A stretch of 64,000 bases of DNA from Thermodesulfobacteriota bacterium (GCA_965203965.1 CBDBDR010000017.1:1408001-1472000), one strand, 5' to 3'. Positions 48,880 through 59,976 are shown, counted from the first letter of the stretch. Numbers and translations are program-made. The notes: generated by a model not told the origin, from the sequence alone.

Positions 48880-49929
48880 ATGAACTTAACTGAGATAGTA
48901 TTAACGTTAATAAAGATCAAAATAGTCCTTTTTGTTGTTCTTACTGTGGTTGCATACCTTACCTACGCGGAAAGAAGAGTGAGCGCAATTATTCAGGACA
49001 GAGTGGGCCCAAACAGAGTGGGTCCCTTTGGTCTTCTTCAACCGCTGGCTGACGGCATAAAGTTTATTTTCAAAGAAGATATAATTCCTGCAACTTCAAG
49101 CAAATTGCTTTACGTAGTAGCACCGGCACTTTCACTTACCATCTCTCTTGCTGCACTTGCCGTAATACCCATAGGTGATGGTTTTGAGACTTCATTTCTC
49201 GGTTTTTTTGCCGAACCAACAAAAATAAGTTTTCATATAGCAGACCTCAACGTGGGGGTTCTCTACGTTCTTGCCATGGGCTCTTTGGGAGTTTATGGCG
49301 TGGTTCTAGGTGGCTGGGCGTCAAATAGTAAATACTCGTTGCTTGGTGGTCTGCGAGCTGCAGCACAGATGATCAGCTATGAGTTAGCTCTGGGATTGTC
49401 AATAATTGGCGTGATCGCAATTGTTGGTTCATTGAGGCTTGGTGATATAATCAATGCACAGCAAAACTGCTGGTTTATATTCCTTCAACCGATCGGTTTT
49501 ATGGTATTCCGGGTCTCATCATTTGCAGAAACAAACAGACTTCCGTTTGACCTTCCCGAAGCGGAAACAGAGATCGTTGCCGGCTACCACACGGAATACA
49601 GCAGCATGAAATTCGCAATGTTCTTTATGGCGGAATACACGCACATGATAGTCGCATCTTGTATGATGACTGCGCTCTTTCTCGGAGGCTGGTATCCTCT
49701 TCCATTCGGGGGTTGGTTTGGAATTGACGTTGTAAAGCACTGGTATCTGCCACCCATTGTATTTATAAGTAAGGTTGTTTTCCTACTTTTCCTGTTTATT
49801 TGGGTAAGATGGAGCATTCCGAGATTCAGATATGATCAGGTTATGAAACTCGGATGGAAGGTGCTGTTCCCGCTTGCGGTCGTCAACCTGATAATCACAA
49901 GTATTTTGATACTTGCTGGTGTCCTCTGA
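48880..49929 (+). CDS. nuoH: NADH-quinone oxidoreductase subunit H
   Basis: RVGPNRVGPFGLLQPLADGIK, AETNRLPFDLPEAE, PRFRYDQ. Confidence 0.95.
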   Translation: MNLTEIVLTLIKIKIVLFVVLTVVAYLTYAERRVSAIIQDRVGPNRVGPFGLLQPLADGIKFIFKEDIIPATSSKLLYVVAPALSLTISLAALAVIPIGDGFETSFLGFFAEPTKISFHIADLNVGVLYVLAMGSLGVYGVVLGGWASNSKYSLLGGLRAAAQMISYELALGLSIIGVIAIVGSLRLGDIINAQQNCWFIFLQPIGFMVFRVSSFAETNRLPFDLPEAETEIVAGYHTEYSSMKFAMFFMAEYTHMIVASCMMTALFLGGWYPLPFGGWFGIDVVKHWYLPPIVFISKVVFLLFLFIWVRWSIPRFRYDQVMKLGWKVLFPLAVVNLIITSILILAGVL

Positions 49930-49943
49930 GTGGTGGGCGGAAG

Positions 49944-50714
49944 CTATCGGATTTTTTGGTTAAATGCTTTTTGCATTCTATCAATAATGTTTTCGGTTAC
50001 CCGTTTGGGATCATCCGCTTTGTAGATCGGACGTCCTATAACTAAATAATCAGACCCATTTTCAATAGCCTCTTCAGGTGTGGTAACTCTTTTGTGATCA
50101 TCATGGTGTTCATCCAGTCGGACGCCAGGCGATACTACAACAAAGTTGTTATCGGGGACAGCTTCTTTTATCAACCCTGCATGCTTTCCCGATGCTATAA
50201 CACCATCCATACCGCAACTATGAGCTTGTTTTGCCCTTTGTAGCACGTGGTTCAGAAGGGATACTGTTCCTTCTTCAATATTGTAAATTTCCTTCATGTC
50301 TTTTTCATTAAGGCTTGTTAATAAAGTTACAAGCAGTAGTTTGGGTTTTATGCAACCATTTCGCCCCTCAATGGCTGCTTCCATGAGAGAGGGATTTCCG
50401 TGTATGGTGCAAAAGTCTATATTTTCCACCTTGGATAATGCTCTGGTGTAAGACGATACGGTGTTCTTAATATCGTAAAACTTCAAATCAAAAAAGACGC
50501 CAATTTTTCTCTCTGCCATGAACGGCAAAAAATCTCTTGTTTCCGGGTCAGAGCTGGTGGCAATCTCAAGAAAGTGCAAGTAGTTTATCTTGACTATGCG
50601 GATAACGTCTTTAAGCTCGCTGATCAACTTTATGGATCCTTTCACTGGGATATCCAGCGACAGTATCAAACGATCTTTAGCAGAAATTGTATTTTCTTGT
50701 AAAGTCTTTGTCAT
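49944..50714 (-). CDS. pyrF: Orotidine-5'-phosphate decarboxylase
   Basis: DLKFYDIKNT, VTLLTS, PGVR, VIGRPI. Confidence 0.9.
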   Translation of the reverse strand: MTKTLQENTISAKDRLILSLDIPVKGSIKLISELKDVIRIVKINYLHFLEIATSSDPETRDFLPFMAERKIGVFFDLKFYDIKNTVSSYTRALSKVENIDFCTIHGNPSLMEAAIEGRNGCIKPKLLLVTLLTSLNEKDMKEIYNIEEGTVSLLNHVLQRAKQAHSCGMDGVIASGKHAGLIKEAVPDNNFVVVSPGVRLDEHHDDHKRVTTPEEAIENGSDYLVIGRPIYKADDPKRVTENIIDRMQKAFNQKIR

Positions 50715-50847
50715 TTTTATCAAAAGACAACGATTAAAGAGTGATCTGAATTTGAATGGTTCCCTGATAATTTAGCATTATTTCCGTATTTATGAAAGGA
50801 ATTAACCAAACTTGAACACCAAATAAAACTATATAAACTCTGAAAAA

Positions 50848-53268
50848 ATGAGTCTGCCAGTTGAGGTTTCAATTCCGTTGCCAAGGGATCAAACCTACCA
50901 CTATTCACTTCCGGACACGTTCGTAAAAGCTGCTGAGATTGGCAAAAGAGTATTAGTGCCTTTCAGAAACAGATTGACAATAGGGTTTATAATTGGATTT
51001 GAAACCCCTGCCGAAGACATCGATCTGAAAAAAGTTATAGATCTAATAGATGATAAACCCCTCTTTGATAAATCCCGTCTGGAATTCTACAGATGGGTGT
51101 CCGATTATTATCTGTCTTCTCTGGGTATTGTGCTGAAAGTTGCTCACTCGGGAGGGGTAGGAACTTCTTTGAACCGCTATGTGAATGTTACTCAGAAAGG
51201 TATGGAGAAGTTACAGCAGGGTTTTGTTAATAGCAATGAATACAAAATATTAAATGCTGTTCATCTATGCCAAAATATTTCAACCAAAAAGTTGTTTGAA
51301 CTTGTGGAAGGTTGCAATTTTATGATCTTAAACCGACTGATAAACAAGGGGCTTTTACAATACAGATACCATCTGAAAAAGCTGAAACCCAAATACAAGA
51401 AATTGATAAATCCAAACAGATGCAGTGGGGAGTCGCTTGAGAAAATTAAGATGAAAATGCCTGCAAAAGCATCTATCCTTGAATTTCTTTTGGATCACGG
51501 AACAATTGACCTTGACGACCTGAAGGCATTTTTTCCAAATATAAACAATCACGTTAAGTGGCTTGAGGATCAGGGTTTTATTGACGTGGAACTAAAAGAG
51601 ATCGTAAGAGACCCTTTTGGCAGTATAAAAGATATAAAAGACAACATCGCTCCAGATCTGACAATTGAGCAGAAAGCCGTTCTGAGCAAAATTAACAGGT
51701 CAATCAATGAAGGTGAACATTCAACTTTCCTACTTCACGGCGTTACGGGAAGTGGTAAGACGGAAATATATCTGAGAGCAATTGGCATTGCTTTGGAAAA
51801 GGGCAGAGAGTCAATAGTTCTGGTTCCCGAAATAGCACTAACTCCACAACTTGTTAAAAGATTTAAGAGCAGGTTTGGAGATAAGGTTGCCGTAATACAC
51901 AGTCTTTTAAGTACAGGAGAAAGAAGTGATGCTTGGAGGGCGGCAAGCAATGGAAAAGTTAAAGTGATTATTGGTGCAAGGTCTGCTGTTTTTACTCCAT
52001 TTAAGGATCTGGGAGTTATTGTTGTTGATGAAGAGCATGAAAGCACTTATAAGCAAGAGGAAACTCTTTGCTACAACGCGAGGGACGTTGCCGTTATGCT
52101 GGGTCAGCGAACAAATTCCACGGTTATACTGGGATCTGCAACACCTTCAGTAGAGTCGTATTCAAATTGTATCAGGCAAAAATTTGAATATCTCAGTCTG
52201 CCGCTCAGGGTTGGAGGTGCTTGTGATTTGCCGAAAGTAAAAGTTGTTGACATGAGAAAGCATGGTGGGCCAGTTTTTTCTAAAATTCTTGAGAAGGAAA
52301 TCGTAAGTAACTTTAAAAACAGGAATCAGACTATTCTTTTTTTGAACAGAAGAGGTTTTTCCACTTTCCTTATATACGAGGACAGCGGCGAAATTTTTCA
52401 CTGTCCAAATTGCAGTATTCCCTTTACGTTCCATAGTATAGATAACAAGATAAAATGCCATTATTGTGGGATTTCGGAAGATTTTGATCTTATAAAAAAG
52501 AACAGCAGGTCTCCTCTTAGAGGATTTGGCATCGGGACGCAGATGATAGAGCATGAACTGAAAAAACTACTTCCAGAGGCAAAAATTGAAAGAATGGACA
52601 GGGATTCAACGGGTGGTAAGAACAAGCTACTCAGTTTGTATAAAAGGTTGGAGAAAGGAGAAATTGATATTTTAATTGGGACGCAAATGGTTGCTAAAGG
52701 GCATGATCTGCCCGGAGTAACTCTTGTTGGGGTGATTTCAGCAGACACCTTACTGGGCATCCCAGATTTTAGATCCGGAGAAAAAACCTTTCAACTCATA
52801 ACTCAAGTGGCAGGAAGGGCTGGCAGAGGTGAGCTGCCGGGTAAGGTCATTGTTCAGACCTATAATCCGAACCATCCGAGCATTAAATTTTCGTTGTCGC
52901 ACGACAGTAGTGCATTCTTAAAAAAAGAGATCGGTATAAGGGAGATGACCGGCTACCCACCATTCTCCAGAATTGTCAGTTTCAGGTTCAGTAGCACTGA
53001 AGAGAGTGGACTTACTGAAAAAATGAGAAAAATTGATAGATTGACCAAGTTGGCAATTTCAAAACTCACTCCAGGATCAATGGAGGTTCTTGGACCTTCA
53101 GAGTGTCCACTATACAGGATAAACAACAGGTTCAGGTGGCAGATGATATTGAGAGCGAAAAAAGTAAATCTGCTACACGCTTTCTCAAAGAGTTTGTATG
53201 AACGACTTTTGAATTATAAGGGTAATATAAGAATAACAATGGATGTAGACCCTATGAATTTTGGTTAA
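50848..53268 (+). CDS. priA: Primosomal protein N'
   Basis: GVTGSGKTEIY, DEEHE, GSATPS, GTQMVAKGHD, QVAGRAGR. Confidence 0.95.
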   Translation: MSLPVEVSIPLPRDQTYHYSLPDTFVKAAEIGKRVLVPFRNRLTIGFIIGFETPAEDIDLKKVIDLIDDKPLFDKSRLEFYRWVSDYYLSSLGIVLKVAHSGGVGTSLNRYVNVTQKGMEKLQQGFVNSNEYKILNAVHLCQNISTKKLFELVEGCNFMILNRLINKGLLQYRYHLKKLKPKYKKLINPNRCSGESLEKIKMKMPAKASILEFLLDHGTIDLDDLKAFFPNINNHVKWLEDQGFIDVELKEIVRDPFGSIKDIKDNIAPDLTIEQKAVLSKINRSINEGEHSTFLLHGVTGSGKTEIYLRAIGIALEKGRESIVLVPEIALTPQLVKRFKSRFGDKVAVIHSLLSTGERSDAWRAASNGKVKVIIGARSAVFTPFKDLGVIVVDEEHESTYKQEETLCYNARDVAVMLGQRTNSTVILGSATPSVESYSNCIRQKFEYLSLPLRVGGACDLPKVKVVDMRKHGGPVFSKILEKEIVSNFKNRNQTILFLNRRGFSTFLIYEDSGEIFHCPNCSIPFTFHSIDNKIKCHYCGISEDFDLIKKNSRSPLRGFGIGTQMIEHELKKLLPEAKIERMDRDSTGGKNKLLSLYKRLEKGEIDILIGTQMVAKGHDLPGVTLVGVISADTLLGIPDFRSGEKTFQLITQVAGRAGRGELPGKVIVQTYNPNHPSIKFSLSHDSSAFLKKEIGIREMTGYPPFSRIVSFRFSSTEESGLTEKMRKIDRLTKLAISKLTPGSMEVLGPSECPLYRINNRFRWQMILRAKKVNLLHAFSKSLYERLLNYKGNIRITMDVDPMNFG

Positions 53269-53274
53269 AGAACA

Positions 53275-56064
53275 GTGGTTAAAAATATAATATATCCAGA
53301 TGAGCAGGCAGCTTTACGCAGAGTTGACAGTTATCTGGAGTTGAATGGAAAAATCAGCAAAAAGAACAGGGAGGCTCTTTATCTGCTTTCCTCATACAGC
53401 AATTTCTTAGGCAGGGCAGCGATCAATGACCCTGAACTAATTTCCAACTTGCCAGCTAATAAGTACCTTAGTTCAGAAAAATTTCTGGAAACATACAAAA
53501 AGGAAGCACAAGAAATACAGGAAACGGCAGGCAGTGAGGCTGAGTTTGCAAGAAACATGAGAAGATACAAATACAGAGAACTTGCACTTATAATATACAA
53601 GAACATTGTGAAGTCATCCGATTTTCTGATACTGCTTAGGGAGCTATCAAGTCTGTCCGAATCTATAATTTCTGCAGTTTTTGACTATTACGCAAACCAA
53701 TTGGATGTTGACAAGCACGGGAATTTCTTTGTGCTTGCCATGGGCAAACTCGGTGGACGACTTCTGAATTTAAGCTCTGACGTTGATCTAATATATATAT
53801 ACAAGGCGAGCAAAGACAATGAGGTGTTTTTTAAGCTCGCTGAGAAAATGACAAAGGCGATAAGCCTTGTTAATGATAATGGTTTTTTATACAGAGTGGA
53901 TCTGAACCTGAGACCCGGCGGCACTAGGAGTTCAATTGCAGTTTCTTATGACTGGACAGTTGATTACTACTTTTATTGGGGAGATACATGGGAAAGAGCG
54001 GCTTTTATACAGGCAAGACCTATTGCGGGTGATATAGATCTCGGAAAAAAATTCATCAATGAAATTGATCGGTTTGTTTATAGGAAGTCCCTGGATTATG
54101 AATCAATTGAAGATCTAAAGGACATGAAGTTAAAGTTGAACCGACTTGAAAAACAGAATGACGTAAAGCTGGGTAAAGGTGGAATAAGAGAGATCGAGTT
54201 TTTTGTTCAGGCAAACCAGCTTGTCAATTCAGGGCAGTTCAGTGAGTTGAAAGGCAAGAACACTCTGGAGTGTCTTGAACTCCTTGCAGAAAAGAAAATT
54301 GTGAGTGAAAAGGTAAAATCCGACCTGAAAGACTCGTATATTTTTCTAAGAAAAGTGGAGCACAACATTCAGCTTGTGGATGAGCGCCAAACTCACAAAA
54401 TACCGACTGATAAGAACGAGATATTGAAGTTAGCCAAAAGGACTGGTTTCAAAACAACGGAATCTTTTCAAGATCATCTTGCCTCAAATGTGGAGAAAGT
54501 GTTGGTTGAGTATAACAATCTATTTTACGAACCTTCAAAAAAGGTAGAAGAGTATGCAAATGATTTTTGGAAAATTGCCGATTTTCTTACCGAGGGTAAT
54601 GTGAGTGATGATGAAGCAATCAAATTACTTGGTGAAATGGGGTTTAAGGATCCTGCCGGGAATTTAGATCTGATATATTCTCTTGTGAACCCGCAGCGTG
54701 CCGGACTGACACAAAAAGGGCGTATGCTATCCAGACGGGTCATTCCCGCTTTACTATCTGCGGTAAGAAGGTCATACGACAGTAGCACGGCACTGAAGAA
54801 TCTCGAAAGATTTATCTCCTCGATCGGTTGTAGAACTTCCGTTTACTCAGCTTTAATTGAAAATCCGAGTATCCTCAATCTCCTTTCTATGCTTTTTTCC
54901 ACAAGTGGTATGCTGTCAAACTTTTTGATCCGTTACCCAGAATACCTGAATATACTCACGATCAAATCTTCCGAGAGCCAGTATTCTTCACAAGATGTGA
55001 TGATCAATAGTTTGCGAGGTCTGGTTGAAGCTGAAAGTAGCTATGAGGAAAAGTTAAATGCTTTAAGGCATTTTAAGCACGTTGAAACCTTGAAGTTGTG
55101 TCTCAGGGACATAGGTCATGAAATTGATCCTGTTTACGTTGGGAAACACCTTTCAATGATAGCATCGGCGGTTGTAAAAGTTGCACTGGAACTGGCAATA
55201 AGCGAAACAAAGTTCAATATAGGATCCAGGGTCAACTTGAAAAAAATGCTGATACTTGCCATGGGGAAATTTGCTGCAAGGGAGATGAGCTACAACTCCG
55301 ACCTCGATCTGATATTTATATATGAAGGAGACAACCACGAGGTTTTCAGCAGACTTGGTCAGAGGTTGATCTCTATTCTATCCGTTCCCACGTCGGAGGG
55401 TTTCTGCTATAAGATAGATCTTGACTTGAGGCCATCGGGAAGATCCGGCACATTGGTAACTTCTTTTGATTCGTTTAAAAAATACCATGAAGAAAGCGCA
55501 CAACTTTGGGAAAGGCAATCGTTGATCAGATCTTTTCCATCTGGGGGAGATACACAGCTTTCCCGTAAAGTAGAGAGAGCCATTACTAAATTTGTGTATT
55601 TTAAACCCCTTGAACCAGATTTTTACAAGCAGATCAGTTTTATAAGGCACAGGATGGAAAACGAGTTGGCAAAAGAGACCGTTAAAAAGTTCAACATGAA
55701 AACTGGGAGAGGTGGGTTGGTTGACATTGAGTTTATAGTTCAGATGCTTCAATTACGTTATGGAAGAGAGTATAAGAGCATCAGGTTGCCAAATACACTT
55801 GAAGCTATTGACTCTATGAAATCTAAAAAATTGTTTCCGGAAAAACACTCAAAGATATTAAATCAAGGGTATCTTTTTCTGAAAGGTATTGAAAATAAAC
55901 TGAGATTGCTAAGGGATAAATCTATCAGTGAAATTACGGATAATGATTTTGACGTTTTGTCGGTGGAGTCGGATAAATACGGATCTGGTGCCGAGTTGAA
56001 GTTAAAATATCTGGAAACAACAGACCGTATCAGGAAAATATACAAAGGTTACTTTGAATCGTGA
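53275..56064 (+). CDS. glnE: Glutamine synthetase adenylyltransferase
   Basis: Two NT domains: AMGKLGG..LNLSSDVDL and AMGKFAAREMSYNSDLDL; GGIREIEF and GGLVDIEF. Confidence 0.9.
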   Translation: MVKNIIYPDEQAALRRVDSYLELNGKISKKNREALYLLSSYSNFLGRAAINDPELISNLPANKYLSSEKFLETYKKEAQEIQETAGSEAEFARNMRRYKYRELALIIYKNIVKSSDFLILLRELSSLSESIISAVFDYYANQLDVDKHGNFFVLAMGKLGGRLLNLSSDVDLIYIYKASKDNEVFFKLAEKMTKAISLVNDNGFLYRVDLNLRPGGTRSSIAVSYDWTVDYYFYWGDTWERAAFIQARPIAGDIDLGKKFINEIDRFVYRKSLDYESIEDLKDMKLKLNRLEKQNDVKLGKGGIREIEFFVQANQLVNSGQFSELKGKNTLECLELLAEKKIVSEKVKSDLKDSYIFLRKVEHNIQLVDERQTHKIPTDKNEILKLAKRTGFKTTESFQDHLASNVEKVLVEYNNLFYEPSKKVEEYANDFWKIADFLTEGNVSDDEAIKLLGEMGFKDPAGNLDLIYSLVNPQRAGLTQKGRMLSRRVIPALLSAVRRSYDSSTALKNLERFISSIGCRTSVYSALIENPSILNLLSMLFSTSGMLSNFLIRYPEYLNILTIKSSESQYSSQDVMINSLRGLVEAESSYEEKLNALRHFKHVETLKLCLRDIGHEIDPVYVGKHLSMIASAVVKVALELAISETKFNIGSRVNLKKMLILAMGKFAAREMSYNSDLDLIFIYEGDNHEVFSRLGQRLISILSVPTSEGFCYKIDLDLRPSGRSGTLVTSFDSFKKYHEESAQLWERQSLIRSFPSGGDTQLSRKVERAITKFVYFKPLEPDFYKQISFIRHRMENELAKETVKKFNMKTGRGGLVDIEFIVQMLQLRYGREYKSIRLPNTLEAIDSMKSKKLFPEKHSKILNQGYLFLKGIENKLRLLRDKSISEITDNDFDVLSVESDKYGSGAELKLKYLETTDRIRKIYKGYFES

Positions 56065-57476
56065 TTGAAAAAAGATGCTTATTCCTGCTTGCCGATGGAG
56101 CTAGGTCGGATCTTTTTGAACATCTTTTAAATAAGGGTGATCTTCCTAATCTGTCAAAATACGTTGTTGAAAGAGGTTCTTACCTGAACGCGGTGACCGT
56201 GTTTCCATCAACGACTGGTCCCGCTTACATACCATATATATTTGGCAAGTATCCCGGACGTTGCAATATGCCGGGCATAAGATGGTTTGACAGGTATGAA
56301 TTTGACAAAAATGTGTTCTCCTTAAAAGGTTTCAGAAGCTACATTGGACCGGAATCATACTTAATGAACAGCGATATTAACGCCAACGGAACCCCAACTC
56401 TATTTGAACACGTGCCGAGAAACATAAGCATATTGAATGAAATTACAAAGGGTGTGTCCTTAAATGGTGATAAAACAAAGTTTTCAAAAGTTTTTTACAA
56501 GATAAAAAGCCATTTTACGGACGGCAGTAAAGAGGTTGACGAGATAGCGGGTAGGATACTGCTTGAATGTCTTAATGGTGATCCACAACTGGTGTTCTGC
56601 GTATTTCTCGGCATTGATACCTATTCACATCAGTATCACCCTTTTCACGAGAAAGTTGTGAATTCCTATTACCTACTTGATAATTACGTTGGCCTGGTGG
56701 GCGAACGTCTTAAACGTGAAAACAGGTTAGAGGACACACTGATCGTCGTTGCAAGTGACCATGGACTAACTTCCACGCATTCACACTTTGACTCTCCGAG
56801 ATTTATGGAAGAACTTGGTTATAAGACGCTCTACTATACAAACATATTTAACCATCTTTTTGATGCTGATGCATCAGTAATGGTCTCAGGAAATTCAATG
56901 GCACATATTTACATTAAAAGTGCTGATGGATGGAAAAGGAATACTTTTATGGACGAAGTTGGTAATTTGGCAGAAAAATTGTTAAGCCGTCCGGAGATAG
57001 ATCTGATAGCGGGTAGAAATTCAAATGGAGAAATAGTTGTTCAAAATGCGGGAGGTAAAGCCACAATTCTAATTGAAGGAGATAGGCTGATCTATAAAAA
57101 GATCAATGGAGACGACCCATTTGGTTATAATAAACTCCCCGTTAGTATGAGTTTTGATAAGTCTCTTGAATTAACCGTAGATACTAATTATCCCGATGCC
57201 TTATTGCAGGTAGCACAGCTATTTGAATCCACGCGCACGGGCGATATTGTTATAAGTTCCAAGCCGGGTATTGACTTGAGAGCAAGAAATGAAAAACCCG
57301 AGCACAGCGCTTCACATGGGTCATTGATAAGGGAGCACATGATGGTTCCCTTAGCTATGAGTACAAAGCAGGATGGTAAGAAGTGCGTGAGAACAGCAGA
57401 TATTTATCCGACAATCCTGAATTTTCTTGGACTGGAAGTCCCGCACGGAATTGATGGAAACTCTTTGGTCAACTGA
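56061..57476 (+). CDS. Alkaline phosphatase superfamily nucleotide pyrophosphatase/phosphodiesterase
   Basis: LADGAR, TVFPSTT, DTYSH, SDHG, SHGS. Confidence 0.8.
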   Translation: MIEKRCLFLLADGARSDLFEHLLNKGDLPNLSKYVVERGSYLNAVTVFPSTTGPAYIPYIFGKYPGRCNMPGIRWFDRYEFDKNVFSLKGFRSYIGPESYLMNSDINANGTPTLFEHVPRNISILNEITKGVSLNGDKTKFSKVFYKIKSHFTDGSKEVDEIAGRILLECLNGDPQLVFCVFLGIDTYSHQYHPFHEKVVNSYYLLDNYVGLVGERLKRENRLEDTLIVVASDHGLTSTHSHFDSPRFMEELGYKTLYYTNIFNHLFDADASVMVSGNSMAHIYIKSADGWKRNTFMDEVGNLAEKLLSRPEIDLIAGRNSNGEIVVQNAGGKATILIEGDRLIYKKINGDDPFGYNKLPVSMSFDKSLELTVDTNYPDALLQVAQLFESTRTGDIVISSKPGIDLRARNEKPEHSASHGSLIREHMMVPLAMSTKQDGKKCVRTADIYPTILNFLGLEVPHGIDGNSLVN

Positions 57477-57978
57477 GAAGTTTTTCGATCTTATCGGTAA
57501 TGGTTTCTTCTTCTTTCTCCGTTGCAACGGCGAGTTCTTTGACTAGAAGGTTAAGAGCACTGTCCATCAGTTTTTTCTCACCAAAGGAGAGGGATTTGTT
57601 TTTACTGAGATAGTGAATTTCTTGAAGGACTTCGGCAATTCCAACAATATCACCGCTTTTTAGCTTTTCGTCATATTCTTTGTATCTTCTGTTCCAACTC
57701 TGTCCACTCTTGCCACCACTAGATGAGTGGCTGGACTTGGTTTTTTTCCCCAGGATCTTCAATATGTTAGGAACTTCTTTTCTAGATATGATGGGTCTTA
57801 GTCCAAGACTAGAAGCGTTATCAGTAGGGACCATCAGGGTTGCGTTATTTTCAATGATCTTCAGGATATAAAATGATTTTTTAGAGTCACATATCTCTTT
57901 TTCCTCTATCCCCTGAATATTAACTACTCCATAAGCTGGATATACTATAGTTTGACCAATTGTAAGTTTTTCAGACAT
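57469..57978 (-). CDS. carD: CarD family transcriptional regulator
   Basis: VYPAYGV, LMVP, GLRPII, WNRRY, LSFGEK. Confidence 0.9.
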   Translation of the reverse strand: MSEKLTIGQTIVYPAYGVVNIQGIEEKEICDSKKSFYILKIIENNATLMVPTDNASSLGLRPIISRKEVPNILKILGKKTKSSHSSSGGKSGQSWNRRYKEYDEKLKSGDIVGIAEVLQEIHYLSKNKSLSFGEKKLMDSALNLLVKELAVATEKEEETITDKIEKLLS

Positions 57979-58060
57979 ATTCTGCGATTGAGGAATTTAT
58001 AAAACAGCCATTAAAGTATCATACAATTGGACTCAGGTCAATTTTGAAGAGTTTGCTGAT

Positions 58061-59251
58061 ATGCAAAGTTATGAACATTTGATCATTGGGGCAGGTATAA
58101 CGGGGCTTACAATCGCGCGAGAATTGTTAAAAAGAGGAGAAAAAAATATATGTATTATTGACAAGGAGAACAGTCTCGGTGTGCATACAAGTGGGAAAAA
58201 TAGCGGTGTTCTTCATTCCGGTATCTACTATGATCCAGATTCATTGAAAGCTAAATTTTGTGCCGAAGGTAACCATCTGTTGTCTGGATATTGTGATGAA
58301 AACGGGCTAAGTATAAAAAAGTGTGGCAAGGTGATAGTTGCATCTGATCAAGAACGTCTTTCTGGGCTTTTTAATCTTCAGAAGCGCGCCGAGAAAAATG
58401 GGGTTGTATGCAGAGTTATAGGCGCGGATGAGCTAAGAGATATAGAGCCTTATGCTTATACTTTTAAGAATGCTATATTTTCACCCACAACTTCAGTGTT
58501 TGATCCAAAGGAGGTTCTTGACTGTATTTACAAAGAGATATTGGATTCGGGTTACGTTAAAGTTTTTCTTGGAACAAAGTTCTTGAACTTGTATGACGAG
58601 TCGGCGATAAACACAAACAGGGGAGTTATCAGATTTACAAGATTGATCAACTGTTCAGGAGCTTTTTCAGATAAGATTGCACACAGTTTTGGTATTGCCA
58701 AAGAATACAAAATATTGCCGTTCATAGGAACATATTGCAGATTGGCGGGTGAATGTTCCAGATACGTGAGGGGGAATATCTATCCCGTTCCCGATCCGAG
58801 AGCTCCGTTTCTCGGTGTTCATTTCAGCAGATCTACCGATGGTAGCGTATATTTGGGACCTACGGCGATTCCCGCGATTGGCAGGGAAAGCTATCATCCT
58901 GCTTCTGGCCTTTCATTTGAAAGTCTTTCAATTATTTACAGGGATATTGTTATGTTTGTGAAAAATTCTGCCTTCAGGGACAATGCAGTATCCGAGGTCA
59001 AAAAGATCATAAGCTCCTACGTGTTTGAGGAAGCAAGGAAGATGCTACCAAGCCTCGCTAAAAAAGATATTTTAAAGTCTTCAAAAGCAGGCATTAGGGC
59101 TCAGGTTGTCAACTGGGATAAAAAGGAAATGGTAATGGACTTTTTGGTACTAAAGAAAGAGAATACTGTCCATATTTTAAATGCAGTTTCTCCGGCGTTT
59201 ACGTCTTCAATGTCTTTTGCGAGATACGTCGTTAGCAATTTTGTAATTTAG
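58061..59251 (+). CDS. lhgO: L-2-hydroxyglutarate oxidase-like FAD oxidoreductase
   Basis: IIGAGITG, SGKNSGVLHSGIYY, YPVPDP..PFLGVHF, NAVSPAFT. Confidence 0.8.
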   Translation: MQSYEHLIIGAGITGLTIARELLKRGEKNICIIDKENSLGVHTSGKNSGVLHSGIYYDPDSLKAKFCAEGNHLLSGYCDENGLSIKKCGKVIVASDQERLSGLFNLQKRAEKNGVVCRVIGADELRDIEPYAYTFKNAIFSPTTSVFDPKEVLDCIYKEILDSGYVKVFLGTKFLNLYDESAINTNRGVIRFTRLINCSGAFSDKIAHSFGIAKEYKILPFIGTYCRLAGECSRYVRGNIYPVPDPRAPFLGVHFSRSTDGSVYLGPTAIPAIGRESYHPASGLSFESLSIIYRDIVMFVKNSAFRDNAVSEVKKIISSYVFEEARKMLPSLAKKDILKSSKAGIRAQVVNWDKKEMVMDFLVLKKENTVHILNAVSPAFTSSMSFARYVVSNFVI

Positions 59252-59289
59252 CAACCTACCGATAAAATTCTGAATTAAAGAGTAGTTCA

Positions 59290-59835
59290 ATGAATGGTAA
59301 AAGAAAAAGACTTATGCAGATATTGAAAGACCGATCAATTCTGAGAGGTAAATTCAAGCTCGCATCAGGAAATACTACTGATCATTACATAGATGGCAGG
59401 CTTACCACACTTGATTCAGAGGGTTTAAGTCTGTCCGGAGAGATATTCCTGCAGGAAATCTTAAAAGACCCTAATATTTCAGCCGTTGGTGGTCCTACAA
59501 TAGGGGCTGATCCTATAGTTGGATCAGTACTGACCCACAGTGCTTTAAAGAATATCAAACTTAGCGGCTTTCTGGTTAGAAAAGAAGCAAAACAGCACGG
59601 CACCGAAAAACTGATTGAAGGTAACTTAAAGAAAGGAGACAGGGTTGCAGTACTAGAGGATGTGGTAACAACGGGTGGTTCGATCTTGAAAGCTATTGAC
59701 GCCGTGCAAAGCATGGGGATAAAAGTATCCAAGATTTTGGCTATTCTGGACAGAGAAGAAGGAGCCCGTGAAAATTTACGGGAGCGTGGGTATGAATTTT
59801 ATTCAATATTCAAACTCTCAGACCTGATGAAATGA
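59290..59835 (+). CDS. pyrE: Orotate phosphoribosyltransferase
   Basis: FKLASG, VRKEAKQHG, VLEDVVTTGGS. Confidence 0.93.
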   Translation: MNGKRKRLMQILKDRSILRGKFKLASGNTTDHYIDGRLTTLDSEGLSLSGEIFLQEILKDPNISAVGGPTIGADPIVGSVLTHSALKNIKLSGFLVRKEAKQHGTEKLIEGNLKKGDRVAVLEDVVTTGGSILKAIDAVQSMGIKVSKILAILDREEGARENLRERGYEFYSIFKLSDLMK

Positions 59836-59976
59836 GAAAATTCGTGAAAGTTATTCCTTCATTGGTCGTTATTGACTCTCAGGGTTTCAACATATCTTTT
59901 TCATCTCTTTCCTACTATACAGACTGAATTTTTGTTACAATAGTAACTTAAAGAAACTATTCAGGAGGTTTGTTCT

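Noticed and set aside
49500..49520. Arg within a NuoH transmembrane segment (VFRVSSFAE)
   Set aside because: A single CTG-to-CGG-type change could be a sequencing error and cannot be interpreted without reads.
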